Source: Octopus vulgaris
Taxonomy: Eukaryota
Direction of reading: 5' to 3'
NCBI GenBank assembly: GCA_951406725.2
Contig: OX597822.1
Coordinates: 107,446,001 to 107,510,000 of the forward strand
Length of the DNA stretch: 64,000 bases
Positions within the stretch are counted from its first letter, which is position 1. Each line of letters begins with the position of its first letter. Made by a program: the position numbers and the translations under genes. The notes under the pieces are model-generated. The model was given only the letters and a program-made list of their open reading frames with translations. It made no database searches and was not told the origin of the DNA. Positions 38,967 to 52,653 of the stretch are shown in pieces.

Positions 38967-39423
38967 TACCTATATGTATGAAACTATTTACGTAGCTATA
39001 TAATTTAATCTATTATGTGTCTAGTTCGCGTTTCTAAGAAGGTGTACGCTTCTCAACTTCCATTTTAAAACCAAATGACTTTTTCCGACTTAATTAACAA
39101 CAAGAAAATAAAAGAAAATATAAATTCCTGTTCGATGTGGCACATATATACTTTACTGTCAAAATACAATATTCAACGACACTTGAACTTAAGAAGCAAA
39201 CAATGAAGAATTATTTGTCATTTTTCCACCAGGCAGACAGAAATACGTGTTACATTATTATTGGTCTAGTGCATTGTGAGGTCACAAATGTTACAAGTGT
39301 TTGTTTATAAATATTTATCTGCCAGAACAAACCAATATATGTGTGCGAGTAAATATATATATGTATATATACATATATATCTAATATATATATATATATA
39401 CATATATATGTACATATATCTAC

Positions 39424-39458
<35 letters not shown>

Positions 39459-39507
39459 CTAATATATATATATATATACATATATCTAATATATATATAT
39501 ACATATG

Positions 39508-39546
<39 letters not shown>

Positions 39547-39648
39547 TAATATATATATATAATATATATATATATATAATATATTTATATATATATATTT
39601 AAATAAATAATATAAAATATATATATATATATAATATAAAATATATGC

Positions 39649-39697
<49 letters not shown>

Positions 39698-39986
39698 TGT
39701 GTGTATGCGCGTGAGCATGGTTGATTTTCAAAAACTGAATAAAAACAAAATATTTATCCATGAGAAAATGTATCATTTGATAAGCATTGTAACATTTAAT
39801 TTCTCGAAAGATGAACCCAGGCATGAGGATGAAGTTTGCAACATTCAGATAAAGGAAATTGCTTATAAATATTTCTGAATTTTTGTTTAACACCGTATTT
39901 AGATTACTGAAAATATTTCCACCAACACGGAGAGGAAGACAATGCATAAGGAAATACATACATGTAATCTATATATGATGTGTATA

Positions 39987-40018
<32 letters not shown>

Positions 40019-40099
40019 CGCGGCTGTATGTATATACTAACATACAGACGCACATGTATGTATATACGCAAAATCAGAGGAGTATGTATATCTATTTCT

Positions 40100-40169
40100 C
40101 TATGTATGTATGTATGTATGCATGTATGTATGTATGTATGTATGTATGTATGTACGTATGTATGTATGC

Positions 40170-40217
<48 letters not shown>

Positions 40218-40241
40218 CACTTCCTACTATCTACCTATCTG

Positions 40242-40320
<79 letters not shown>

Positions 40321-40420
40321 CTATCTATATATCTATCTATCTATCTACCTATCTATCTATCTATCTAGTTGTCTGTCAGTTTGTTTATTTATCTGTGTAT
40401 GTATTTATCTATCTATCTAG
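40100..40420. repeat. (TATG)n + (TCTA)n microsatellites
   Basis: Direct inspection. Confidence 0.95.
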
Positions 40421-40719
40421 ATGCGGTGAACCAGCATGCCCTCAGCGTTACGGCTGAAACATATAAATGAATATATATGCATATAAATGCATATATATGT
40501 ATATAAAAGAATATATATGTATATATATATATTACTCTTTTACTTGTTTCAGTCCAGTAAATCGACCCCAGGACTAATTTTTTGTAAGCCTAGTACTTAT
40601 TCTAGCGGTCCCTGTTGCCGATCAGCTAAGTCACGTGGACGTAAAAACACCAACATTGGTTGTCAAACGATGGTGGAGGACAAACACAGACACACAAATA
40701 TATATACACACACACACAA

Positions 40720-40770
<51 letters not shown>

Positions 40771-40781
40771 CATATCTATAA

Positions 40782-40851
<70 letters not shown>

Positions 40852-41032
40852 GACGTTGTTATTTTAGACGCCGTGTATCAAATCGACTTTGTCAAAATAT
40901 AGTAAAAGACATTTGCCCACGCAGTACAATTGAACCGAGCACGAGGTTCATACCGAACTTCTTAACCGCACAAGAACACACGTACACACAAACACATACA
41001 TACACATGTATATGTATATGTCTCTCTTTCTT

Positions 41033-41094
<62 letters not shown>

Positions 41095-41105
<11 letters not shown>

Positions 41106-42058
41106 GATGTAGGTACGTACATATATGTATGTATGTATGCATATACTTTATTTATTACACTATTGTATGACTGAGCGCCCTCGCGTCGATTCGATTCGCT
41201 TCGTTTCGTTTCGTTTCTTCTCCTTCAGGTACTGTTTTTATATATAATTATGACGCGAAACTCTATCCCTCTTTGCTTTACCTTCCCTTCTTTCCCTATC
41301 TCTCTCTCTCTTTCACTCCTCCTCATCTCTCTCTCAGCCGCTTGTCTTCCTCTCTCTCTCTCACTCACTCCTCCTCCTATCTCTCACAGCCAGCCAACTA
41401 CTTCCTTTTAGATGCGGCCTCCTAACTGTAAACACACGGCTTTTTCTTGCGCTCTCCGGAATCTTCCTCGTCCAGGCCAAAAAAGGCCCTTTTCATTTGT
41501 TTTCTTGTTTGTTTTTATTTCTCGTATTTTATTTTTTTTTTGTAATTGTATTTTTATTTTGTATTTTATTTTGTAATTTTATTTGTATCGTTTTTACGTC
41601 TTGTTTGTGTTACATTTTTTTCTTTCTTTGTTTTTACCCTTCTGCGAAGTAATTTTATTTAATTCTTTCGCAGGAAGGGCTAGTTCGGCGAGTCGTGTTC
41701 TGTCCTCACCTTCCAAACACGCTGGAGTTGAACTAGGGACAGCTGATGAAGGGGATTTTTCCTTGTGTAATTTGTCTTGTACTCTGTTTTTCGTTGTAAA
41801 AAAATGGTCCGTTCCATGCTTGTTTTTACGTTTCGTTTCTCGTTGAGTTCTACGTCTATTGTGGTGTCCTGTACTCACGTATATATATTTATATATGCAT
41901 GTATATATACATGTAGATGTAGGTACGTACATATATGTATGTATGTATGTATGCATATATTTTATTTATTACACTATCGTATGACTGAGCGTCCTCGCGT
42001 CGATTCGATTCGATTCGTTTCGTTACGTTTCGTTTCTTCTCCTCCAAGTACTGTTTAT
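41095..42058 (+). mobile_element. Family F element with ~145-bp terminal direct repeats, embedded in (TA)n
   Basis: About 41095-41240 is repeated at about 41905-42058; CT-rich interior; no coding similarity seen. Confidence 0.75.
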
Positions 42059-42076
42059 GTATATATATATATATAG

Positions 42077-42118
<42 letters not shown>

Positions 42119-42839
42119 ACATAATACGAAATGGGACAAGAACGCAAAACATCCAGATAGACAATACTAAGAAAACAAGGATGTGTCATTCTGAGTTTTC
42201 TTTCTTCAGTCGAGTTCCAGATTATCTTTGCAATTTCGGCTAGTTATACTCAAGATTGCTCCAATCTGGCCAGCCCCAAGGAAAAACTAAGCTATGAGCA
42301 TTAGATTACTTAAAAGTAAGCATCTAATGTATACGAAAACAAGGACGTAAAAAACGGAGAGTGTTACACAAATACAAATAACAGGACATAACAACAAGTG
42401 TCTTTCGACTAAGGACGAATTAAATTAAGATGTCGTGTGCGGAAATAAAGCCTTACCTCAGGGATACAAGTTTTCACAGGCACAGTGAGGAATATAATGT
42501 AGCCGAAACGATAGTTGTTCTAAACAATGCTTCTCGTTGCACTCTGTCTTCCGTATCAATCATTTAAAATATACCCTACGTGCACCTAGGAATTTCTTAC
42601 GTAGATCCAGCCACATAAGCACGGTACCGCGGATGATGCCTTGTAGCCATAAGTGGTGAACATGCTCTCCAGTCACACTACCTGCATATATATAAATGTT
42701 GTGAATAATAACTCAAATGATATATTGGGAAGTGTTACTCAAATTAATAAAAATCAAAAAAAGGAATGTAAATTAGGAGATAAACGGAGCAAACATAACA
42801 ATATGAATTATCGGAAGATATAAAAAGTAGAGTTAGAGA

Positions 42840-43480
42840 TAAAAAATGTGATTGCGCCACCAATGTATTATATCCCCTTGAATCTAACTGCAAAATTAAA
42901 GAAACTGTATACAGGTGTAAGGTAATCTTAGGAGGTCAGTTATATAAATCTATCGGCGCTTGTGAAGCATATATAAAAAGAAAAAATGCCTATCACAAAA
43001 ACTCATTTAGACACAACAAAAAGAGGAATAATAACTAGCTTAAGCAAATTAAATTGGTCCATAAAAGATAATAATTATGAATATGAAATTACCTGGGAAA
43101 TAATTAGTAGCACCAAGCCATATAATATAAGAAGATGGAGCGAATTGTGTGCTGAAGAAATTCTTACATCAAAATACAAATTACTGTAATCCCTCGACTA
43201 TCGTGGGTGTTACGATCTAAAACACCCATGACAGGTGAAAATCTGCCAAGTAGAAACAGTACTGTATAATGGTTTTAATTATTTTTATAATTTTTATATA
43301 TTTATTTTATTATATATGCAAAACAACACCACGGAGGAATCGACGTAACCTTAAAAAATAAACCGTGTTAGGTGAACCGCGATAGGTGAACCGCGAGATG
43401 GCCAGGGATTACTGCAATAAAACATAAACGTGAGAGCGCATTACAATGTGTCAATCAGTCTAAACGCACGTTTAATCGAT
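42840..43480 (+). pseudogene. Neptune-type Penelope-like GIY-YIG endonuclease relic, interrupted by a MITE
   Basis: KCDC..YPLESNC..ETVYRCKV..KSIGACE..YHKNSF / TSLSKLNWSIKD..ITWEII..PYN..ELCAEE; after the MITE it continues KHKRESALQCVNQSK. Confidence 0.8.
43184..43414. mobile_element. Tc1/mariner (Tigger/pogo-like) MITE
   Basis: Imperfect TIRs CTGTAATCCCT.. / ..AGGGATTACTG; TA-like target. Confidence 0.75.
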
Positions 43481-43721
43481 CTAAGTAATTGTATGACACA
43501 TAATTCTAAAATTAGAATAGAAAACAAGTAAATAATAGCAAGTAAAGAAGCTAATTAAATATAGACTCCTACGTAAATAAAATTACTTCTAAAGATTAAA
43601 GAACAATAAGAGAATAAAATTAACGACATCCATAAATTTAATTATAAAATTAGCAAATTTAATAATAGACTAATAGCTCATTATTAGCATCTATAGTAAT
43701 AGTATTATTGTTATTATTTTT

Positions 43722-44268
43722 ATTGAGTGAGAGAGCAGTGCATGCCATCGAAGTGATATACGAAGCCCAGTATACCCATCACGCCTACCCGTCTGATACG
43801 GGTACACCAGGCACATGAATTACAACCATATGTGCGCAACATGGTGATCTCATATCAAGATAAACAGCGCATGACCTTGTAGGTGGGACCCAGTTAGAAT
43901 TTTCTTCTGGTCGAGTAACCCATCCCGATCAAAAGGTCCCTGAATAAGGATTGTTTAAGGTTGTTGAACAAACCACCCCTGTTTCCAGAGGTGAATTATC
44001 CAAACCTCAAAGAATCCCTCTCAACACATGGCTATGATGCTCCCCCACTACTTCTGCACGTAGTCAGAGATGCACATATCGTCAGCCACTAAGGGACGCG
44101 CTCAACTGGTTAAGGTCAAGCAACTGACAAGCAAATCTGTGGTATTGAGCATAACATTTGCTGTAGCCCATCTTTTATACCAAGACAAAACAATGTACAT
44201 GATAACACTTCGAATCAGTTAAGATCAGAAGCCACGAGAGTCACTGCCTGGTACTGCATCAGGGCATT
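43722..44268 (-). repeat. Probable interspersed retroelement-derived repeat flanked by trinucleotide tracts
   Basis: More GC-rich ~550-bp block bounded by (ATT)n-like and (TTC)n runs; single copy in the window, so family and strand are tentative. Confidence 0.5.
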
Positions 44269-44374
44269 TCTTCTTCTTCTTCTTCTTCTTCTTCTTCTTC
44301 TTCTTCTTCTTCTTCTTCTTCTTCTTCTTCTCCTTCTACTTCTTCTCCTTCTTCTTCTTCTTCTTCTTCTTCAT

Positions 44375-44405
<31 letters not shown>

Positions 44406-44430
44406 GTAGTAGTAGTAGTAGTAGTGATTG
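44268..44430. repeat. (TTC)n-(ATT)n-(AGT)n microsatellites
   Basis: Direct inspection. Confidence 0.95.
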
Positions 44431-44855
44431 TGATGATAATAGTAACAATAACAACATCAACATTTTCTATGGAACCTTGATACAGAATAGGAATATTACC
44501 ACTCACCACTCGAAGGATAAAATACATTTGTTGACTACTGGCCTATATTTGGACAGCTAGTCATTTGTTTCTCTAACCAGCAGAGGTGAAAAGGTCAGAA
44601 TTTTAGCTAATTTTAGAATACTAACACCACGTGCATGAAATATGTTGGTCGGACATGTATTTATTTCAGATGGAATCCGAAGAAGCGACAATTAACATTG
44701 AAATGCACACCAAGATGCCAAATTTTGCAGCAGAAACATACGTAGATACGGAAATGGAAAGACGTGATTAACTGCAGAATAAAACTGGATATATATACTG
44801 TTCTCTTTAATTGTATATATATATAATTAAAGAGAACAGAAACTATAGATATAGT

Positions 44856-45236
44856 AGGCGTAGGAGTGGATGTGTGGTAAGTAGCTTGCTTACAAGCCAC
44901 ATGGTTCCGGGTTCAGTCCCACTGCGTAGCACCTTTGGCATGTGTCTTCTACTATACTCTCGGGCCAACCAAAGCCTTGTGAGTGGATTTGGTAGACGGA
45001 AACTGAAAGAAGCCTGTCGTATTATATATGTATAATATATATGCATGTGTGTGTGTGTGTATATATGTTTGTGTGTCTGTGTTTGTACCCCCCAACATCG
45101 CTTGACAACCGATGCTGGTGTGTTTGCGTCCCCGTAACTTAGGCTTACAAAGAATAATAAGTCCTGGGGTCGATTTGCTTGACTAAAAGCGGTGCTCTAG
45201 CATGGACACAGTCAAATGACTGAAACAAGTAAAAGA

Positions 45237-45238
<2 letters not shown>
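44856..45238 (+). mobile_element. SINE family C
   Basis: Matches other family C copies, with an internal deletion. Confidence 0.9.
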
Positions 45239-45281
<43 letters not shown>

Positions 45282-45282
<1 letters not shown>

Positions 45283-45451
45283 TCGCTTACGGAAAACGAC
45301 TTCCAGGCTGGATTCCAAAAGTGACAGGAACGCTGGGATCGGTGTATTACTGCGCAAGGTGATTATTTCGAAGGAGATGTCTTTAAAACTTATGTAAATA
45401 AGTTACTTTTTATTAAACACAAACCATCCGGGAACCTTTTGATACAACCTC

Positions 45452-45454
<3 letters not shown>
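45282..45454 (+). mobile_element. Mariner transposon 3' end (transposase C-terminus and right TIR)
   Basis: SLTENDFQAGFQK*QERWDRCITAQGDYFEGD followed by CCGGGAACCTTTTGATACAACCTCG-TA. Confidence 0.85.
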
Positions 45455-45494
<40 letters not shown>

Positions 45495-45828
45495 TGTGCG
45501 TGTCTGTGTGCATGTGTATGTATGGGTGCGTATCTGTGTGTGTGGTGTAGGTCATTTCCTTGTGACACTCGTTTTTCCATTTTTCATCACATCCACTATT
45601 TCCATCTTGTGACATCCACCTATTTTTCATTTCCTCCGCCACTGAACATCGTTCCCCATGCCCAAGAAGAAAATGCGTTACCCGAATCTCATCGATGCGG
45701 AAGGTCATCTTTTCCTCCTGAATGAAATCAAGAATATATGTTTATTTTGCCTTGACACATAAAGAACGCTAAAGTTCAGGAGAGCCTCCGATTGAGTGGT
45801 TTAACAGGATGCAATTACGTACTTCTAC

Positions 45829-46050
45829 TTATTTCTTTATTGCCCACAATGGGCTAAACATAGAGGGGACAAATAAGGACAGACAAACGGATTAAATCGA
45901 TTACACCGACCCCAGTGCGTAACTGGTACTTATTTAATCGACCCCGAAAGGATGAAAGGCAAAGTCGACCTCGGCAGAATTTGAACTCAGAACGTAGCGC
46001 CGGACGAAATACCGCTTAGCATTTCGCCCAACGTGCTAACGATTCTGCCA
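45829..46050 (-). mobile_element. Family-M SINE monomer
   Basis: Reverse complement of the family consensus. Confidence 0.9.
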
Positions 46051-46238
46051 GGAATATACAAAAATTCTCAGTCTTCAAACTACTGGTCCCTTTTAATGAC
46101 ATCTACATATGTATAGGACATATAATGACAGACCTACTAACTGATTGCTCATCTTACTTCAAATAGCGTTCTATCTCACTCACACCACATTCTAGTCTGA
46201 CAATGAGCAACGGTGATATAAATACGGTATAGAACACA

Positions 46239-46470
46239 GGCGGAGAGGTGGCACAAACGTTAGCACGCCGGGCGAAATGCTTAGCCGTATTTCGTCGGCC
46301 GGTTCGTTCTGAGTTCAAATTCCGCCGTGGTCGACTTTGCCTTTCATCCTTTCGGGGTCGATTAAATAAGTTCCAGTTACGCACTGGGGTCGATATAATC
46401 GACTTAATCCGTTTGTCTGTCCTTGCTTGTCCTCTCTGTGTTTAGCCCCTTGTGGGTAGTAAAGAAATAG
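46239..46470 (+). mobile_element. Family-M SINE monomer
   Basis: TSD GGTATAGAA(C/G)ACAG. Confidence 0.9.
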
Positions 46471-47508
46471 GTATAGAAGACAGAAAAACGGAAAAATATA
46501 CTCATATCAACATATTCCCAATAGCATCGCTCATCAAAATCTCGGCCATCTGGTTAGGTTAGAAATCAATATAAATCTATTTATGCACTGGCCATCATTA
46601 TTAGAGACTTATACAATTTACTTTTTCCTCTGTGTCATATTGAGGGAGTAGAATGAAACATAAAATATAAAACTTTTAGCGTAGAAATTGTTAGTTAGTC
46701 ATTCTACCTCGCGTATTTATAGAATGAGCAAAGGGAGAAGACTTCAATGGAAACTGTTGGTTGACTAAATGTGTCGCTGCCTCTCTTCTTTATAACAGCG
46801 GCCATATATGCTTCTATCGATGTTTCATTTTCATAAAACTTCATGAATTATAGATTGTCATAAAATGTTAACCAACAAATCAATTTTTCGATGCAATGCT
46901 ATATTTCTTTCAAGTTACCGAAAAAATTAGGTAAAAAAAAAAAATTGTAAATCTATTCCAAGAGAACACACACACACACACTACCTACAAATACACACAC
47001 ATACACACACACAAATAATAAGTCGCTCCCAGAAGACGAAAAGTGGGACGCGTCAAGTGATAGGATATAAAGCACAAGGGGTCGTCAACTTGTCAAAAAA
47101 TTGCCTTTCCTTTTCTATAAATCAATGTATGATTCATAAGTATGTGTGCGTGTGCGTGTGTATATTTACATGTATACATGCATATGCATATATATATATA
47201 TGCTCTCATATATACAGATTCACACACGTATATGGACATATGCATACATAAAAAATAGCACACACATATATACGTACATGTCTCGCTATATTTTTTATGT
47301 GCCCGGCATTCAAAAACTAAAGTTCTACGAAAGTAATGTAATCTAATATACAAACAGAATACAATAAGAATTGTGATTATTAATGTTTAAATAAATATAG
47401 ATTTACTGTATACATCGTTGTATGTTTGAACTTTTAACTCGGTCTCATCACTGGAAAGTGAAGTTCCGTACATCCAGCTATGTTTACCATACAGTTGATT
47501 TCTTATTG

Positions 47509-48334
47509 CAGTGCTTTTCAACCTTTTTGCTGGAGCGGAACCCCAAGGAAACATTCCACTGGCTCGAGGAACCCCTATGCAATAATTTAATTGTCTTATC
47601 CAAAAAAAAACAGCATTTAATTAATGAAATGAAAATACTCTTGTTCAGATTTATTTACAATAAAATCAGAAATTGTAAAAAATTGTCACGTACATATGCA
47701 ATTTTATTCTTGCCTCTACAATTATTATTAAAACATGTATTTAAAAAAAACTTTAGTTTGAATAGATTACATTTATTTTCCTCAAAACCTCAATGAGAAA
47801 CTTGAGCCTGGTGTTTCTTGCACAACTCTTTAAGATTGAGTCGTGTTTTTGATAGCCACACACGAAGTTCATATTCCAGAGACAGCAATTGTGCTCGCTT
47901 CTTATGCTTGATGGTTGTCAGTGCTGAAAATCCAAATTCACAGAAGTAGGAGTTGAAAACTGCACAAGAAGTCGCAGCGCTTTCTGGGCGATTACAGGAT
48001 GTTCTTTTTCAACCAGCAACCAAAATGCATTCAGGTGAAGCTCAGAATGCTTCAACTTTAATGTTCTGTCATATGAAACACTGGCAAGTTCTTCTTCTTC
48101 TGTTAATGTGAACTGTTCTTCAAATGGCTCAAATTCCACAAATGGGTTTCTAATCCAGTCATACTGGTCAACAATTATCGATGGAAAATATTTGTCAAGA
48201 TTCGTTAACAAAGCGTGCAAATGGTTCAGAATCAGTAGCGCAGTTTCTTGACAATTCCTTTTAAAAACACTTGGAAACAGACTTGGAAACATGCAATAAG
48301 ACTTATTGCATGTTACATTCATGTCATATTCCAT
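47509..48334 (-). mobile_element. hAT (Charlie/Buster-like) transposon 3' part: transposase dimerisation domain plus terminus
   Basis: WIRNPF..EELASV..FWLLVEKEHPVIAQKALRLLVQFST, then after a frameshift CEFGFSAL..KKRAQL..QAQVSH*; terminus CAGTGCTTTTCAACCT at 47509. Confidence 0.9.
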
Positions 48335-48748
48335 GCTGCTATTTCGCCAATCCCTGTTTTCGTATAGTGAGGGTAACTGTCGCGTTGAGAGAATATGACA
48401 GCCTGTAGTTGCCGGACACTTTGGTTCCGTAGTCTGACTGGAGGTCGAAGAACTGTATCCTGTTCATCCAACCACATCAGTTTGTGCAACCAGCATCACT
48501 AGCAACTACATACTCTGACAATCTTTCAATGATTATATACCCCGCCCTCCCGATAATAGAAAAGTCCCCAGACGTCTGTGACAGCACTGAAGAACTTTAC
48601 AACTTAAGAACTACAAGTTAGGAGTCTGTTATAACTACAATCAGTAGTGTTATATTTATATTTCCTATATATAAGGAGCGGTATATCAATTTGAATAAAA
48701 GGAGCATAGCACGTATATGAGAATTAACATTAAGTCTCTCTCTCTCTC

Positions 48749-48794
<46 letters not shown>

Positions 48795-48817
48795 TATAGA
48801 TATATATATATATATAT

Positions 48818-48848
<31 letters not shown>

Positions 48849-48899
48849 TAGATATAGATATATAGATATATATACTTATATTTTTATTTTATTTTATGT

Positions 48900-49052
48900 T
48901 GGCATCAAGAGTTACACAAATACTAGGACTGGGCGCCACTGCATAGTGCCAAGGACTCCAGATTTGCCATCAAGTTGTAGGACAATAGCCTGAGCTTCAG
49001 AGGTCCACAGCTTTTCAATATCCTCCCGAAGAGCCTTAAAGACCTACATGGT
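48900..49052 (+). pseudogene. Short CR1/Jockey-group LINE C-terminal fragment
   Basis: RTGRHCIVP..NSLSFRGPQLFNILPKSLKDL. Confidence 0.65.
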
Positions 49053-49522
49053 GTGTGTGTTCTCCTGGAATATTTAGCAACACCAAATGGCGCTGCCCCA
49101 GCATGGCCTCAGCTCGTGAGCTGAAACTAGATAACTAAGAAAATAAATAGAAAATGAACATTTGCATGTCCACAGATCTAAATCTTGCCGAACACGTCTT
49201 TAGACGAAACTGCTATTTTCCCTTATTTCTATTTTTTTCCACACCTGCCATATCCCGTGGCATCGACATTTGTATTGATCATTTGTATTGATCACCCTGA
49301 GCCGTTCAACTCTTTATTTTACAATATAGCTTAATTTCTGTCATATCACTCACACTAAAACCAAATCTATACTGTTTCAATTCCTCGTCTCCACCGCCTC
49401 TATAACCGAGACTCCTCTGACTTCGAGATTAATCCTCACCAAAATGATCCACATTTTTCCAGCAACAGTTATTCTTACCACTTTACAACGCTACTTGCTT
49501 TTGTCCCCTTACTAATTCTCTG

Positions 49523-49830
49523 TGCAGGCGCAATGGCCCAGTATTTAGCGCAGCGGACTCGCAGTCGGATGATCGCGGTTTCGATTCCCAGACCGGGCGT
49601 TGTGTGTGTTTATTGAGCAAAAACGCCCGAAGCTCCACGAGGCTCCGGAAGGGGTTTGTGGCGACCCCCGTTGTACTCTTTCTCTCTCAACTTTCTCTCA
49701 CTCTTTCTTCCTGTTTCTTGAGTAATGCTGTGATGGACTGGCGTCCCGTCCAACTGGGAGGGAAAACATACGCCATAGAAACCGGGAAACCGGGCCCATG
49801 AGCCTGGCTAGGCTTGAAAAGGGCGCATAA
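49523..49830 (+). mobile_element. SINE head A + family B tail
   Basis: Head as at 594; tail GATGGACTGGCGTCCCGTCC..GGGCCCATGAGCCTGGCTAGGC as at 21927. Confidence 0.9.
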
Positions 49831-50190
49831 TTAAATTTAAAAAAACTACAACAAACATCTTCACTTCTGTTTTATGTTTCATTCTAGCGAATATATTTTT
49901 TTCTGTACAACACCCATTTTCTCCAATCCAATGCTGTTTCTTTCTTTTTTCATCTTTCTACCAATCCATCTCTCTCTCTCAGACACAATCGAAGCTTGCG
50001 CGACATTTTGACCCATATTTCATTATCCCCTTTCTCAGCCCGACTGCATAATTTGCTGTTCTCTGCTCCGTACGAATAATTACTTTTTCCATTAGTCGGA
50101 AACACCACATGGCATGTTCGAGGTTATTTTCCCATGTCGCTGTCACTTTATCCTGCTCCTATATTAACATAATATATTGTAATATATTTT

Positions 50191-50238
50191 GACCCTGAAG
50201 ATTGCTATATAAATACGGAAGTAATTGAAAGTTAGATC
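50191..50238 (+). ncRNA. Degenerate hammerhead-like motif
   Basis: GACC-CTGAAGA-TTGCT..AGTAA-tt-GAAA-GT-TA-GATC; stems I and III imperfect. Confidence 0.4.
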
Positions 50239-51796
50239 GTTTAAGAGAACACTATTTGATTCTCCGGTGAAAAAGCAAGTGTCACTGTAGTCCGATCCCA
50301 CGAATTGTAATCTCCAAGCCACTACCAATCTACAACATTACTACAATATTGCTACATGGAATTTTTCGGATAACAGTTAATCTTCTAATAATAAATCTCT
50401 GAATGAGGTATAAACAGTAGCTGCACGGCAATGTGAAGTATATTTGCCACTTAAATGTGGCTAACCACTAAGGTTGGATACTACTGTAGCTTGTAGCCCA
50501 GGAGAAAATCTTCTCCAGCTGGCTATTGACACACTTTCTATGCCCTATCATTATTTGCAAAGGGAAGCCATCCTTCTCATCGTCGACCTGACGTGATACG
50601 CACAGACCCGGGTTTCTGGATATTTACCCGTCGTCAGCGCACGACAATCACCGGTCATCGAGGCGAAGGGGTCCCAATGCAAATACATATATGCTTTTTC
50701 CAGTGACGAAAAATCACTGATCTCGAAAAAGTGTAAACAAGTGTAAACAATCTTCTGTTTAGAAGAAACTACAAATGTCGCCGTTATTAATCAATTAGTT
50801 TTACTACCTCTGCTTTGTCTACTTCCTCTACTTCCTCATGCGTAGTTCCTCCTCATCTCTTTAGCATACATGGATTTGCTCACACCAAAGTATATTTTCA
50901 CCTACTTGTCAACTCATGCACATTATCCATTCATGCATACTTTCTCGTATGTCAATGTAATTCTTCCACACAATCACTTTCTCACTTTTTCTCTTTCTCT
51001 CACTCACTCTCTCTCTCTCTCACACACATACAAACACACATATACGCATCGTACACTTCTTCACACAGACACACACACAACACTACACGGACACACACAC
51101 ACATACACACACCACACGGCCACACACATATGCACCGCACAGTCCTTCACACATACACACACACAACACTACACGGAGACACACATATACGTACGTACCA
51201 CACATTCCTTCATTTATACGCACACTCTCTCGCCCACACACGTTTACACACACATTCATATGCCTAATTTTGATATCACACGCATGAACAACGTTGGTTC
51301 ACCACTCAAAACACTTCCCTCCAGGAAAAGTATACCAATACCGACTTCCGCTCCACCACTATTTACGATATTTTATTGTTAACACACACCGCTATGTCAT
51401 TTTTAGTTCGTTATCTACCTAGAGTCCGAAAAGTCGATATCAATTGCTTTTTCCCTTCAGCGTATTATATTGACTTCACTTGTTTTACAATTTTTGTTAG
51501 ATCGTGCATCCATAGTAGTCCAGAAGGCGCACAAGATGCCGTCTGGAGAACTATGGAGAAATTAGAAGATTTCTCTGATATAGCGTTTTCTATATTACAT
51601 TACGGCAACATCTTCGTGATATATCTTCTACAATAGCCTGGGGTTGACCTGTATTTTGTGAGTGAAATTTGATAAACCTAATGTTTGCAAGAGCCAGTGA
51701 ATTGATGTTATATTGTATAGAGTATGTATGTATGTATATATTTATGTATGTATTTGTGCACGTATGCATGTATGTATCTATCTCTCTCTCTTCCTC

Positions 51797-51857
<61 letters not shown>

Positions 51858-52587
51858 ATGTATGTGCGTATATATATGTGTGTGTGTGTGTATGTATGTG
51901 TGTGTATATATATGTGTGTGTATATATATATGTGTGTGTGTGTGTGTATGTATGCCTGTGTGTTGGTGTGTGCCTGAGTGTGTGTTTGTGTTATTGACAG
52001 CTTTTATGCTTACATCAGCTGAAAAGCCGACGATGTTTATATTTTGTGTCATTGTTGTATACACTGTAACATACACGTCCGATGAAAAATAAACGACAAA
52101 ACGGTGCGAAATCGGATTATTTGCTGGGGTCAATACCAACGACTAGAACTTTTGTAGCCGGAGATTCAAGGCGGTCGCCACATACCAATGAAAGAATCAA
52201 TCGCTTAACTTTTAGCTATGGATTCAACTTTTGAGGAAGCTCGAAGCATTTATGAGTTTTGCTAACACTTTCTATGAACTTGGCAACGGAAGCATTCTAT
52301 TGACAACCCCGCATATACACACTTTATTTGTGTGTATATACATGTGGTTTTATTCCTATTTGTTGCTGGAGTAATGAACAAAAATTACCGAGAATGTATT
52401 TTAATATATTTTTTATGGTATAAATTTGTATGTATATATATATATATATATATAGGGAGAGAGAGAGAGAGAAAGAGAAAGGGGTTTGTTGATAGATATA
52501 TACATATGGTCACATACATACATATATATGTACACATATCCATATGTATATATACACACACACAAATATATATATGTATACATACGT

Positions 52588-52653
<66 letters not shown>

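Noticed and set aside
50390-50560. Possible HDV-like ribozyme (GCCAC-ttaaat-GTGGC-TAA hairpin)
   Set aside because: P1, P1.1 and P3 cannot be assigned convincingly from this single copy.
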